Shown: positions 13,410-26,501, counted from the stretch's first letter. The stretch: 64,000 nucleotides of DNA from Lama glama (GCA_028534125.1 CM052816.1:21268001-21332000), one strand, 5' to 3'. The notes: generated from the letters alone by a model not told the origin. Program-made: numbers and translations.

Positions 13410-15500
13410 CAAATACTGTTCATCTCAAGAAACCAATACTACAATAGGAAAAAATTTTTAAAGATAATCCACTGCACTGACAGATTAAAAGAAAAAAATT
13501 ATCTCAAAGGATAGAAAAATATTCATTACAATACCAAGTTTTGATAAAAATCCTCAATAAGAAAAAAACAGAAAATTTTCTTAGATAAAATGACTGTCAA
13601 ATATCCACAGTAAGCACTGAGTGTAATGTTAAAATCTACAGACGTGTTCCTCCTAAAGCTCAGACCAAGAGAAAGATGCTTCTTATTACTGCTGCTCTAG
13701 TGTCCTGCAGATCCCTAATGATTCAGTGAGACAATAAAAACAGAATAAATGAGGGGAACAAAAAACAACTTGTCATTTTCTTCTGCAGATGATATAATTG
13801 TACACTCACAAAACCTAGGAAATCAACTGAAAGACTATTAAGACTAATAAGATGGTCAGAAATACAGTAAACATACATTCTCTAGTAGCAAAATCCAATA
13901 GGAAATATAACAAGAAAAAAGGATCCTATTCATAGTGGCAATAAAAACTATGAAATATCTAGGAAGAAATCTAACAAAAAGGTCCAGGATCTAGAGGAAA
14001 AAGCTATAAAACTTTGCAATAGGACAAAAAAAAAAAAAAAAAGGACTAATTAGGAGACACATACTATAGGGTCCAAAATAGGAGATTCAAGATTGCAAAG
14101 GTGTCCATTCTCCCAAGTAATCCATAAAAGCTATACAAACAAAACTCCCAAGAAGATTAAATAATTTTTTAAATGAAATCTACAGGGTGACTCTTAAGTT
14201 CATATCTTAGATAATGCAAATGAGTAAAATCATAGTATTGGGACAGAAATAAAAATTAAATGAAACCAAATACATATAGAACTTTAGATTATTGACATTT
14301 CCAATCAGTGGGGAAGGTTTTCAGTAACGCTGGAAAGAGGAAAAAAAGTTAAAGTTACAGCAATATCCTTTATCAAATTTCAAAAAAAATCCAAATAAAT
14401 TAAAGAATTAAAAGTTCAGTAAGACCATTAAAAGAAAACATCTTTGTAATCTTCAGACTGGGAAGGCCCTTCTAATTGAGAAGTCACAAATAAAAAAGAC
14501 TAAAGATTTGCCTACCTAAAAAAGTCACAAAAAACACCATAAAAAAAGTTAAGGGACAAATGATAAACTAGAAATAAGTACTTACAATATATGTAAAAAG
14601 GATTAATATCCAGAATCTTTAGAAAACTCAAATCAAATCACTTAGAAAACTGAGATTTCAAAATGTAGAACAGATAAACAAGATTATACTATACAGCACA
14701 GGGAAATATATACAGGATCTTGTGGTAGTTCACAGCGAATAAAAAATGTGTGACAATGAATATATGTATGTTCATGTATAACTGAAAGATCGCACTCTAC
14801 ACTGGAATTTGACACAACATTGTAAAATGATTATAAATCAATAAAAAATGTTAAAAAAAATCACTTAGAAAAAGAGAGCCTAATAAAACACTGGCAAAGA
14901 GATATGAATAGGCAGTTCTTAAAGAAGAAATACAAACAGCCAACATATGAAAAGACACTGAACCTCACTATTACACAGGGAAATGTAAATTCAAGTGAGA
15001 GCATTTCTGGTACAACAGATTGGCAAAAATTAGAAAGGCTGGTAATATGAAATGCAGACATTAAGACATGGGTAGTTTCATACACTACTGGTGGAAACAA
15101 ATTTTGTGTGTTTGGAAGGCAATTTGACACTAACAAGTTAAAAATGTACACACGCTCTGACCCAGTAACTGTTTCCAAGAAGCTATCTTTCTGGTATATC
15201 TGCACGAGTGTGCAAAGACATATGCTATAGCATTTTCTGTAGTAGCAAACATTTTGAGAGCTTCCTAATATGTCCATCAGTAATTAAACTAGGTAACATA
15301 CACACTATAGAGTATTATGCAGCCATTAAAAACCTATGAGGTATTTACATATATGAACAGGATTTTATCACGTGGTAAAAAAACAAAAACAAAAGCCCAA
15401 GCAACCAAAAAAAAACCTACCATATGATACTACTCACATAAAACAAAAAAGATGTATTTGTCTATTATATACATGCAAAAGCACTGTGAAGGAAATGAAA
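13410..15500 (+). mobile_element. Old degenerate LINE-1 (L1M-type) ORF2/3' UTR
   Basis: A-rich, RT remnant TCTGCAGATGATATAATT (FADD-like), C-terminal L1 motifs. Confidence 0.75.
14650..14857 (+). mobile_element. Short young L1 3' end nested in the old L1
   Basis: Perfect TSD AAATCACTTAGAAAA at 14635-14649 and 14858-14872; AATAAA and A tail. Confidence 0.85.
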
Positions 15501-16604
15501 ATATGTCACCAAGGTAATAATACTTCAGTGTTGAACAAATGTAAGACGTCATGGAAATCAACCTAAGTCCAGCTTGAACCATGGTTCTGTGACTTGCAGA
15601 CTAACAGAGTGCAGGAAGCATAAACAGCTGTAATGCAGGCTGAATGGGCTACGTGGTATGAGGGGTACAGAGCAGTGCGGCACACACAGGAAGAAACAAT
15701 TACATCTGTTTGGGAAGGGCTTAATTAAGGTAATATTCAAAGGAAGAGAAATGGCATAGTAAAATGAAAGGTGCCTTAAAGGAGCAAACCTGATCAGTTT
15801 CATTAGAACAGAGTGATAAGAGATGAAATGAGAAAGGCCAGCTGCAGAAGTCTTTCCTAAAATTAGAAGAGAATATGTAGCACTGGTGACCTTTAAGAAA
15901 ACTAACCTGGTAGAAGTATAACGAGTGGGAGGGATAATGAGGTCCACAGTAATATAGGTAAGAGTTAAGGAGGGTCTGACACAGGTGTGGGCTGTGGAAG
16001 AAAGGCAGCTCTGGAACAGTACCGTGCAGGATCCCTGTGGGAGCTGCTGACTGAAAACCACAGGATTTCCCCAAGATTAACTTAACACACTTTTTAACAC
16101 TTGGACTTTACAGATAATTAACATGTAAGAATGACCCTGAAGGTCCATGACCTCTAGTAAACTATCATTGTGTTGAGGCAAAGATAAATTTCATGCGCTG
16201 GCAACTACTGGGGGTAAATGGTCATCTGGCTAGTTGCATCACACCTACCATGTGCCTGGAGTATGCATGTCCTTCAGTTAAATGCATATAATACTAACTC
16301 ATATGAAATGTATGTTTTGTGAAAACCGATTACCCAAAGAAAGTGAAAAGGTCTAAGATCTAAGGAAAAAAAATGATCTGTAAAGCAACCTTATATTTAA
16401 ATACTCTTAAGAACATGAAAGATTTCCTTAAAAATTTCAGTAACAATCAACTGCATTTTATGAGGACAAATGACGGTTTAATGGTATTTATAATTTTAGT
16501 GCTCCATGAGTCTTAGGATTGTGACCCTCACAAATGACAAGGGTCTAATGTTTGAAAGGGGGCACAATGAGGTCAAAAGACAAAGCATATGCCAGTGATA
16601 TTGG

Positions 16605-16884
16605 CACATGATACTGTAACTGGTAGTTACATGTCATTAAACATTTGTCCAAACCCCACAGAATGTAAAATGCCATGAGTGAACCCTACTGTGAACTACA
16701 GATTTAGGTGAGTATGATGTGCCAGTGTAGGCTCATCAGATGTACCACTCTGGTAAGGGACAGGCGTAGTGAGGGAGGCTATGGTTGGGGTGGCGGGGCA
16801 GGTTTATGGGAAATCTCTGTACCTTCTGCTCAACTTTGCTGTGAATCTAAAACTGCTCAAAAAAATAGTCTATCAAAAAAAAAG
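16605..16884 (+). mobile_element. L1MB/MC-type 3' end fragment
   Basis: GTGAACCCTACTGTGAACTA...ATGGGAAATCTCTGTACCTTCTGCTCAACTTTGCTGTGAATCTAAAACTGCTC. Confidence 0.75.
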
Positions 16885-19489
16885 AGGTATGCGTTGTAGT
16901 GTGTGGAGCTGTTTTTATCCATGTCCCTCTTCCTTCTTCACACAGACGCCTCCTTTGAATGCCAAGCTGACCATACTGCCCTTCAGCACCTCTGCACTAT
17001 GGCTTCTGCACCAGCAATTTCTAGATTCTCTTTTTGTTCTAAGTTGTCCAACTACCTCCACACTTGGATCTTTAGTGAAAAGCTTCTGTAAGCCTCTGAG
17101 TTATCTCCTAAGTACACACGGGTTCTAGCTTGAAGTCACATATAAAGCATATTAGGCCTCCCCAGTATACTAGTTTGGGATTTTTGCTGCTATGCTGCTC
17201 TGAGGCCACTTTTTAAATTATGTCAGGACTGAGTCATTAGCAGAGAACTGAATGCCTGAAATGGAGTCATTAGCAACCAGGCAGACCAAAACCTCACCTG
17301 CCAGGAAAAGACCGTTCTAGCTCTTGCTTCTTTCATATTTAAGCCATCTCCAGGACTCAAGCTAGAAGCTTAATTACCATTATGCAAAGTTTGAACTGAT
17401 GCTCAAAATCAGAAGTGCACATACAATGGCAAATCATGACCTGGGTTTCTGCGTGTCTTCAGCTATTTCACTGAATAAAATAATAAAAGGGCTAAATACA
17501 TATGTGCCTTCCTAATAAAAATATTATTAAATATTTAAAATATTAAAACTATATAAAAAACTAATGTTCAGAAGTAAGCTAAAAACTAATAAGTTAATGA
17601 AAGTTAACCAAGTTGGAAAAAATCAGTAGAAAAGATTGCACTTACAAAAGACATTTTCCAACCGTATTATCCTCATCCTATGAGATATATAAGTTGCCAG
17701 ATAATTGGCTGAGGCCGTCGTTACTCATTATTACTTTGGATACTCTTCTCTACTGCCCTGGTCCTTGCCACCGTGAGAACTTCCTGTCTCCCAGCACTTA
17801 GGTCAGTGGAAGCCCTCTAGTGTAAGGGAAATGGTATGCTGAGTATCAGGTTCTGCTGAGCATCGCCTTCCAAATTAACAGTGATTTTCAGTGCTTAGCA
17901 GAATTCAAAATTTGCCAAACTTAAGTTACACATTTAAAAGCAAAATGTCCTCTTTTTTCTAGATGAAACATTTAAGACTGTTAGGTTAATTTCTTGAAAT
18001 CTTAAAACTATTGAACTACTGTTATTTCCTTCAGACAGACACCCAAATATCAGCTTTTAAAATTGAGGCAATGGGTCAACCACTATTGCCATAGTGGCTG
18101 ATAAATATTTGATTTAAAAAACCTGCAAGTGACTGTGAAATGCCACCAGCTATCTTCTGGTTTTGTAATCTACTTGCTTGATGCTACAGCGGCTGCTGAT
18201 CTGAAAATGTACTGTATCCAAGATAAGAGTGAGAATGGTGGCCGTGAGATGAGCTCTGGATAGAGGACTCAGCCCCAAGCTCTCTTTGAGTTTAAGAAGC
18301 CAGTTTCCAAATAGACTTCCAGAGAGTTGGCTGTCTGGGATGCAAAATTTTGATGTTAAAGTTACAGGTTTCCACTGAGTCTCAGAAGTATGACTTAATA
18401 TGCAACATTCCATGTTTGAGGAAAAGTGACAGTGGAACATTTTGGGCATAAGGTAGAACACTGTACTTTGAGCAATATATTCCAAAATCACTTAATTTTA
18501 CTTGATGTTCTCTATTAAGGGGGTAGATAAGGGATAATAAATTCTAAATAATGGATGTTTTCTCCCTTTTCATTTAATGTGTCTCTGACCATTTGCAATG
18601 CTTACAATCGGTGATGGTTTTAGATTACTAATAACAGATAGTAATCAGCTTTTCTTGAAAATGCACTGCTAATTTCCTGTATTACCTTAAATAGACAGCT
18701 GAATGCAACAATTACACTGACTGCATGCTTCTTCTAGGAGGTGAAACAATGAGGGAAATTTTGGACCTTACTTTCTTCTAGGTGAGAAGCCAAAATTAAG
18801 GCTCACAGTATAAACCTTAAAAAGATTTGCGAGCACAAGTACACAAAGACTCAGTTTTGGGAAAACCTATACCATTTTTTTTCTTCTCATTTAGAAGAAT
18901 CCATCTGATTACCAGATAAGAGAACTCAGTAAATAGCCTGACTTCGTTTCTTAAGCAAGCCTAAATTGCTGGAAAGCACCCGTGTGCACCTCCTGACCCC
19001 CACAAGTTCCCGATTGGCCCCATCAAGCTTCTTCACTTGCCCTCACACTGCTCAGTGTGACGCCTCTGTGACTGAGGCACTTTCCTCTACTGAAATGCCC
19101 TTCTCCTTCATTGTTCAAGGTGTAGGTCAAGTACAGCTATGGAGCACCCACCATGGTCTCCGCTACTGGACTGTTAACAGTTTGCAGGAGGAAAGGGATG
19201 ATATCCCAGAGTCTGCCAAGTGAAGCTAGAACAAGGGTTTCTGAATGAACAGATGCCTTGTTGAGGGAATGCCTCTTGTTCCTGCTGTCGATGCTCTCGG
19301 CGTCTGCAGGGATACCTAGCTGGAGGGCTGCCAGATACAGTTTTCTATTCAGTTAATATACATGAAACCCCAGGTCTGCAGGTCCGTGTACTAAGAAGAA
19401 GAGCTACCTTGTAGCAGAATATGTGCAAATAAAGTTTAAAACAAAACCAACAGACCTACCTAACTTGGCCCCCCAGTCCTCTCTGGTTA

Positions 19490-20770
19490 GTACCCCTTTT
19501 TTCTGCTTTGCTTAACAACAGAATTTTTTTAAGAATTACCTACACATACTGTCTCCATTTCTTACCTCCTCATCCAACACTAAGGCCAACCATGCCACTG
19601 AGATTGCTCCTTAATGTCATGAACAGCTTCCATTTTATCAAATTCAAGGGTCACGTCTTAGCCCTCATCTTATTTGATCTCTCAATAACGTTAGAGTCTT
19701 GAAATACTTCTTCGTTTTTAAGATAGCACACCTTTAAAATTTTTCTTCTACTTCATCAGCTACTTCTTTACTGGATTTCTAAACATCATGTGTCTTGGGA
19801 CCCTTCCCTTCTCTATCTACAGTTATTCCAATATGTAATCTCAGTTCATGACTTTCAATACTACATATGTGCTGAAGGTTCCCACATTTGTACCTTTCCC
19901 ATGAACTCTAGACTCCAGATTATAGACCCAGCTGTCTGCTTGGCATTTCTACACAGACACCTGTAAGCACCTCACACTTAAAGTGTTCCAAACAGAACTC
20001 CAGATTTTCCCCTCCCCAGTCCTGCCCATTTCAGGGAATGGCAATTTACTTCCCCAATATCCTGGTATAAAAATATGTACAAGCAATCTTTGATTCTTTT
20101 CCTTTTCCTCTCCTACATTCAATTCAGAAGCAAGGCCTGTCAACTCTACCTCCAGAACAAGAATCGAGTCCATCTACTTCTTCCCATTTCCGCTGCCACC
20201 ATCCTAGTCCAGCCCACCACTCTCTCCTGGGGTGCCCCGTCTAATCCATTCTCCACACTGAAATTCTCCAAACTATGAATCAGACTGTATTTACCTCCTT
20301 GCTTCAAACCCTTCAATGACTTCCTACTTCACTTAGAGTAAAATCAAACTGTTGACCAAGGCTGCAAGGCATGGGATCTTCTGGCAACCATCTTTCTCTG
20401 ACCTTATGCCCCTGCTCACTGCATTCCAGTCTTGCGTGCTTTCTTCCTACTCCTTAAACATCTCATGTTCATACTGCTCTTGGGACTTCTGCATCATCTA
20501 TTCTCTCCACCTGGAATGTGTGCATCTCAGCTTTTTGCACCTCTTGCTTCCTCTCATCAATCAGGTCCCAGCTTCAATGTCACACTCTCAGAAAAGATCC
20601 TGCCTTAGAAAAGGCCTGAAGTAGCCCTTCAATTATTCCCATCACCACAGTTAATTTTCACTGACTATGAACTTATTTCTTAATTTTTTGTTTCTTCATC
20701 CCTATGTACTTAGTATACAATATCTAGAACAGTATCAAGCATATAAGAACTCAAATCTTAATTGAACAAA
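19490..20770 (+). mobile_element. LINE-2 remnant
   Basis: Pyrimidine-rich L2 motifs (CCAGCTGTCTGCTTGGCATTTC, CACCTCACACTTAAAGTGTTCCAAACAGAACTC, GCTGCCACCATCCTAGTCCAG). Confidence 0.75.
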
Positions 20771-21630
20771 ATCCTAATATATATGACAATATATTATGCA
20801 CATATATGTATAGAGTTCACTGAGGAGGTAGAAAATATATAAAAGTAAGTCCATTGTGACTCTAAATAAGGAAGTATGAGCTAAGCAACAGTTAAGAAAA
20901 CTTCTATATGAATATAAGATTTTTAAGGTTAAAAAAAGGAGGGGCACCATGGTAACAGCAGAGCACAGTGGGAGTAGAAAGGCCTTTGTTCTGTGATCTA
21001 ATTTATATCTACCATTAAGCTGCATACTCTTGGACACTCTACTTAATCTCTCTGATGAAAACTTGCTCTTTATAGGGTAGATGCAAGAATTCAATCAGAT
21101 TAGGCTAACACATAATATGTATTAAATTAATATTAGTATCTCCTCTGTATAGTCCCTACCCTTGAGAAATTTAGCCTTAAAACATGTTTAAAAAGAAAAG
21201 AAACCTACATTTTCTTAATAAAGATCCTTAGTACTCTTAAGAAATAGAGAATTTAACAATTTACACTAAAGAATAGAACATGGCAAAGAACACGAGACTA
21301 AATGGGCTCTGAGTTATTCTTTTAACCCTTACTTTATACTGACTGCTATAATGGACTTTAAAAAAAAAGATTTCCATTTTATGGATAAGGAAACTGAAGC
21401 TCAGCACCTTTAAATAACTCACTAAATGTGAATAGTCACACTCGGATTCAGGTAGTCTCCAGAGAGAATACCTTAAACCATGTATTACTGGATTTTTAGG
21501 CCTCAAACAAGTAAAACTTATCAACTTTTGCACAAACATTTCCTGCTTTTTAAGACTCAGTTTAATTTTTTTCTTCACAACCAACTTAAGTTATCCTACT
21601 CTGTACAGTAGATTTTTACTGATAAAAATC

Positions 21631-21714
21631 TTTTTTTTTTTAATGGAGGCACTGGGTGTTGAACCCAGGACCTCATGCATGCTAAGCAAGCATTCTACCA
21701 CTGAGCTATATCCC
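21631..21714 (-). mobile_element. tRNA-Ala-derived SINE (camelid Vic-1-like)
   Basis: Reverse complement GGGATATAGCTCAGTGGTAGAATGCTTGCTTAGCATGCATGAGGTCCTGGGTTCAACACCCAG plus A tail; Pol III A and B boxes. Confidence 0.85.
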
Positions 21715-21925
21715 GTAATAATGTCTTGCTTATGCTTCAAATAAACTTGCCAGTAAGGACTAGGTCCCCTATTCCTTAGTGCTCAAGAAATGTTTGGAGT
21801 TTCCTATGTACATAGCCTCAGTTGCTAAGTGACTCAAAATGTTAAAAAGCTTTCTAAAGGCATATATGAGGTAGCTGGAAAGACTAAAAAGAATTATGGA
21901 ACTAAAAAAAAAAAGGATATGTGGT

Positions 21926-22261
21926 CTGTATATTTCTAGAAACTTGTCCATTTCTTCTAGGTTGTCCAATTTGTTGGCCTATAATTGTTCTCCGTATTCT
22001 CTTACTGTTTTTGTATTTCTGTGGTATTGGTTGTTATTTCTCCTCTTTCTTTTTTTGTTTATTTGGGATTAGCTGATACAAACTACTCTGCATGTAAAAT
22101 ATAAATAATAAGGTCCTACTGTACAGCACAGGGAACTATATTCAATATCTTGTTATAACCTATAATGAAGAAGAATATATACATGTATAAATGAATCACT
22201 TTGCTGCACACCAGAAACTAACACAACACTGTAAATCAACTACACTTCAGTTAAAAAAAAA
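21926..22261 (+). mobile_element. 5'-inverted L1: minus-strand ORF2 piece joined to a plus-strand 3' UTR and A tail
   Basis: Minus piece encodes DNLEEMDKFLE (L1 ORF2); plus piece has CTGTACAGCACAGGGAACTATATTCAATATCTTG and a poly(A) end. Confidence 0.75.
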
Positions 22262-22879
22262 GGACAAATGTTGTACATATATATTCTACTGGGCAAGGAT
22301 TCTTTAATAATGTCTTGCCATGTGCTTGTTTCAAAACATTAAATTTCAACAATTTAACTGTTGGATTTAAAAATCCAGGGGAAGTTTCACTATTCAAAGA
22401 GGTTAAAAAAGCAAAAATTCCCACTTGGTACAGACATACATTTCCATGAGCGTTTCTGGACCCAAAGGGCACCGTAACGTTAACCTATTCACTCACAATG
22501 CAAGAGGACAAAGATGTACCCTTCCAATTAGAAGTCAAAATTAATTCAACAAAAATATTATTAGTATTTGTTTTTAAAAATGACTAACACAATTGGCTCA
22601 TTCCCAGTTTTTACTTATCTTAAAAGATTATATACTTTCTAAAACTTGTACCTGCCAGAGCTATGGCCAGGTGATTCTGGGGCCACTTTTGTTACCATCA
22701 TTAACTAAAAGAATCCTCATACTGAAAAGTGGGCTCTTCCTGTCCTCCTGAGCCTTGTGGTCTAAATGTCATTGCTAAGGCTGATCTGTTCACTATGCTC
22801 TTTCCCGAGGAAGCCTTAACAGAGAAGAGGCCCTGTCTATGTAGTTCTCTTAGCAATGAAAAGGATATTTTCCATTTTA

Positions 22880-25800
22880 GAAAACAACAATAAACAAAAT
22901 CTAAGTAACTGATAATTCTCCTGCCACAAATACCTAGAAATAAATACTAGACAGATATATAACAAAAATTATTTTACACTATAGTTGAGTTCACAAGAAA
23001 GAAAGGCAAATCTCTACATGGTGGAAACAAAGGTGGAACTAAAACCCACAATGGTCAGTATGTAATCTGACGCTGTGGTGAATTTAGTTATTATTTTCAT
23101 AATCAGGGATTGGGTATTATCCTCCAAGACAGAAGATGAGGCATAAAGCCTAAGGAAGGTAGAGAGAAGTGACCCCCCACATAAAGGCTAAGACTCTTGA
23201 AGAGCTGTATCATCAACCTTCAGTGAAAGAGTGGAAAATTAATAAGCTGGGACTGGGCAAATGCCATACCTGGGTTTAAGGCTCACTGTTATACAATGTA
23301 GTTCAGGAACTCCCAAATTGAAAAATTAACATAAAAACTAGATCTAGGCCAGTGCTATCCCTGGAGTGCCTAGCAGATACAAAACCAAAATTGCTGTGTG
23401 GAAGGACATCCACACAAAAAGGTTACAAGGGAGTCTCACAGAAAAAAAAAGAACTACGAAAGATGCAGCACACTAAATAACACAAATAGATTCCTAAAAA
23501 TGAGAAATTTAAAAAATGACAATGTGAAAGAATATAAAATATGTATATTTAAAATGAGTAAACATAATACAAGGACTAAAAACATTTAGAAAAAATACAT
23601 TACGCAAAATAAGAATTTCTAAAAAAGAATAAAATAGAACTCACAGAAGTAAAAAATACAATGAAATATGGGGGGGAAGTAAATTAAAAAAATACAATAG
23701 GCATTACAAAAGCAGCAGCTGAAGAATCTGTGCACTGGAAGATATGAAGAAGTTACCTGGTATATTACGAGTATATGCAAGAGGGGTTAAGCAATGTGGG
23801 GGAAAGAATAAGGTTTATTTATGCTGAATAAGAAATGAAGAAGGGGAGAACAGTAAAAAAATGAGGAAAGGATAACATTTGAAGAGGTAACATGAGAATT
23901 TTCCAAAATTGATGAAAGCTATCAATCCTCAGATCAATAAGCACCAATCTTAAACAGAACTCAAACTAAACTTATATCTAGATGCACTTTTTAAAAAAGC
24001 AGAATATTGGAGACAAAGGAAAAATCTTAAAAGAACCAGAGAAAAAAGGTAGATTACCTCCAAAGGAGTAATTAGAATGACTTATAAACAGCAACCACAG
24101 AGGTCAGAAAAAAATGGAATATTTTTAAAGTATTAAAGAAAAAAAAGAAAAGAAAAACTTTGTCAATTTACAGCTCTATGTTTAGCTAAACTATTAATAT
24201 TGAAAGCAAAAATTCAAAGACCAGCAGAAAACTTACTATTAACAATCCTTCACTGGAAAAAACTATTTAAAAATGTACTTTTAAAAACAGAGGAACTGAA
24301 TCTAAAGAAGGAAGGAACGGGATTTATAAGAAACTGGTAAACATGTGGCTATATCCAAACAAGCACTGATTGTGAAGCCACAATAATTATAACTAATTTG
24401 GGATGATATAAAAACAAGGTAAAATGAAACTATCAGGTAACAGAAACACTGCACATAGCAGAAATTAATTAACATTCAGGAGCAAGTTAGAGCAAGTCAC
24501 ATTGGAGCCATGGTTCTTACATTCTGATGTGCATCAGAATCACCTGAAAGGCTTATTAAAACACAGACTACTGAGCCTGGTCCCTCACATTTCTGACCTA
24601 ACAGAAGGTCTGAAGTGGAGACTGAAAATTTGCATTTCTAACAAGTTCCTAAATGATGCTGATAATGTTACTCGAGGACTCCTTTGGAAAGCAACACATT
24701 TGATTTTTAGGTCAAATATGTATGTTAAAAAATTAAAGGTAAACACTCAGATAACTAAAGTGTATCATTTACAACCCAAAGAAGGGGAAAAGGGGGAGTA
24801 AAGAAAAATAAACCTATCCCAAAGAACTCAGGAAAGTAGGAAAAAAAGATAGAAATAAACATAGCTCTCTAATCAATCACAATGAAATGAATTGACTAAA
24901 TTCACTAGTTAAAAGACAAAGATGGACAGACAATAAAAAACAAAATTCTGCTATATGTTGAATACATTATAAAGTTGAAGTAATTAAGACAGTCTTGGTA
25001 ATGGCACAGAGACAAAGTGACCAATGAAATAGAACAAACTCAGAACTGACCCATGCACACATGGAATTCTGACATATGACAGCAGTGACACTGCAATCAT
25101 TAAGAAAAAGATAAACTACTCAATAAACAAAGCCAGGACAACTCGTATCCATAAGGGAAAAAAGTGAAATTGGACTCCTAGTTCATACTATATATAAAAT
25201 TCAATTTAGAATTAAATACTTAAATATATTTCAATGTGAAAAGCAAAACTTTAAAACTTTTGGAAGAAAATACAGGAAAAGGGGAGGGTTTCTTAAACAA
25301 GACACAAAAAGAACCATAAAAAAATTGGTAAATTCAACTACCTTAAAATCAAATTTGTTTCTTAAAAGACACTGTAAGAAAGTGAAAAGATAAACCTAAA
25401 AAGACTGAAAGGATATTTATAATACAAATAACTGAAAAAGAGTTAAAATGCAGAAGAGGTAAAGAACACCTGCAAATCAATATAACTACCAACAATACAT
25501 TAAAAATGGGTACAAGATACATTTCAAAGAAGAAACAACATGATCAAACAAAAAGATATTCAGTGCCATTAGAAATCAGGGGACTGAACTGAAGACCACA
25601 ATGATTTGTCATTTAAAACTCATTAGATTGACAAAAATTAAGAAATCAATGTCAGAGGATGCATCAAAGAAGACTCTTACGTTATGCTAGTGGTGTAAAT
25701 TAGTAAAATCACTCTGGTAAACAATTTAATGTTATTTTATAAAATTGAGCATACCCTGCAACTCAGCAATTTTACTCCCACCTATACCCTAGAGAATCTC

Positions 25801-26270
25801 TTACATCTTTGCTCCAGAAGACATGGCAAGAATGTTCCTAGAAGCAAGGGTTATATTAGTAAAGATCTGGAAACAACGCAGATGTCCATCTACTGGAAAA
25901 TGGATACATTGTAGGGTATTTCCACAATAGGATTCTGTACGTCAGTGAACATACATGAACCACAGCTATAAGCAACATGAGTAAATAAAAGTAAAACAAA
26001 ATAACACAAAAAAGCAAATTCTAGAAGAGTATCCAGAATATGATACCATTTTTTAAAAAGCTAAAAAAAATAAACATACTATACAAATTTTTAAAAAGCA
26101 GAGAAAGCAAAAATCTATGTCAGTGGTTACAGTGAGTGGGGATGACAGATGGTTGAGGTAAGGAGGAATATCTAAGTGGATGGCAGTTAGTGATAATGGT
26201 AATTCTTGGATTGGGTATGGGGAGTGGGATCGAGTGCTCCTTAACATTACTATACATAACTCCGTAATTT
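22880..26270 (+). mobile_element. Old fragmented LINE-1 (ORF1, ORF2 and 3' UTR remnants)
   Basis: Long A-rich tract with degenerate L1 motifs (GAGAATTTTCCAAAATTGATGAAAG, CTGGAAACAACGCAGATGTCCATC); boundaries approximate. Confidence 0.65.
24508..24693. mobile_element. MER5A-like hAT DNA transposon
   Basis: TGCATCAGAATCACCTG...TTTGCATTTCTAACAAGTTCCTAAATGATGCTGAT. Confidence 0.8.
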
Positions 26271-26278
26271 AAGTAAGC

Positions 26279-26317
26279 ATGTGTGTGTGTGTGTGGGTGG
26301 GTGTGTGTGTAGACACA

Positions 26318-26352
<35 letters not shown>
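26279..26352. repeat. (GT)n/(CA)n inverted microsatellite pair
   Basis: GT tract followed directly by CA tract. Confidence 0.95.
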
Positions 26353-26356
<4 letters not shown>

Positions 26357-26401
26357 TTTCCATTCTTTGGTAGGTATTAAACATGTTTTAAAAGTAAAAT
26401 A

Positions 26402-26501
26402 GGGATGAGGGAGTGTATAGCTCAGTGGTAGAGCGCATGCTTAGCATGCATTAGGTCCTGGGTTTAATCCCCAGTACCTTCATAAAGAAAAGTAAAAAAG
26501 G
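26402..26501 (+). mobile_element. tRNA-Ala-derived SINE (Vic-1-like)
   Basis: GTATAGCTCAGTGGTAGAGCGCATGCTTAGCATGCATTAGGTCCTGGGTTTAATCCCCAGTACC, A-rich tail, TSD AGTAAAATA at 26393-26401 and 26502-26510. Confidence 0.85.

Noticed and set aside
14861..16074. 138-, 167- and 117-aa minus-strand ORFs
   Set aside because: They lie in degenerate L1/L2 sequence with no homology I can recognise
26402..26501. Functional tRNA-Ala gene (also 21631, 45397, 53580)
   Set aside because: A tails, TSDs, mutated stems or B boxes and dispersed copies indicate SINEs
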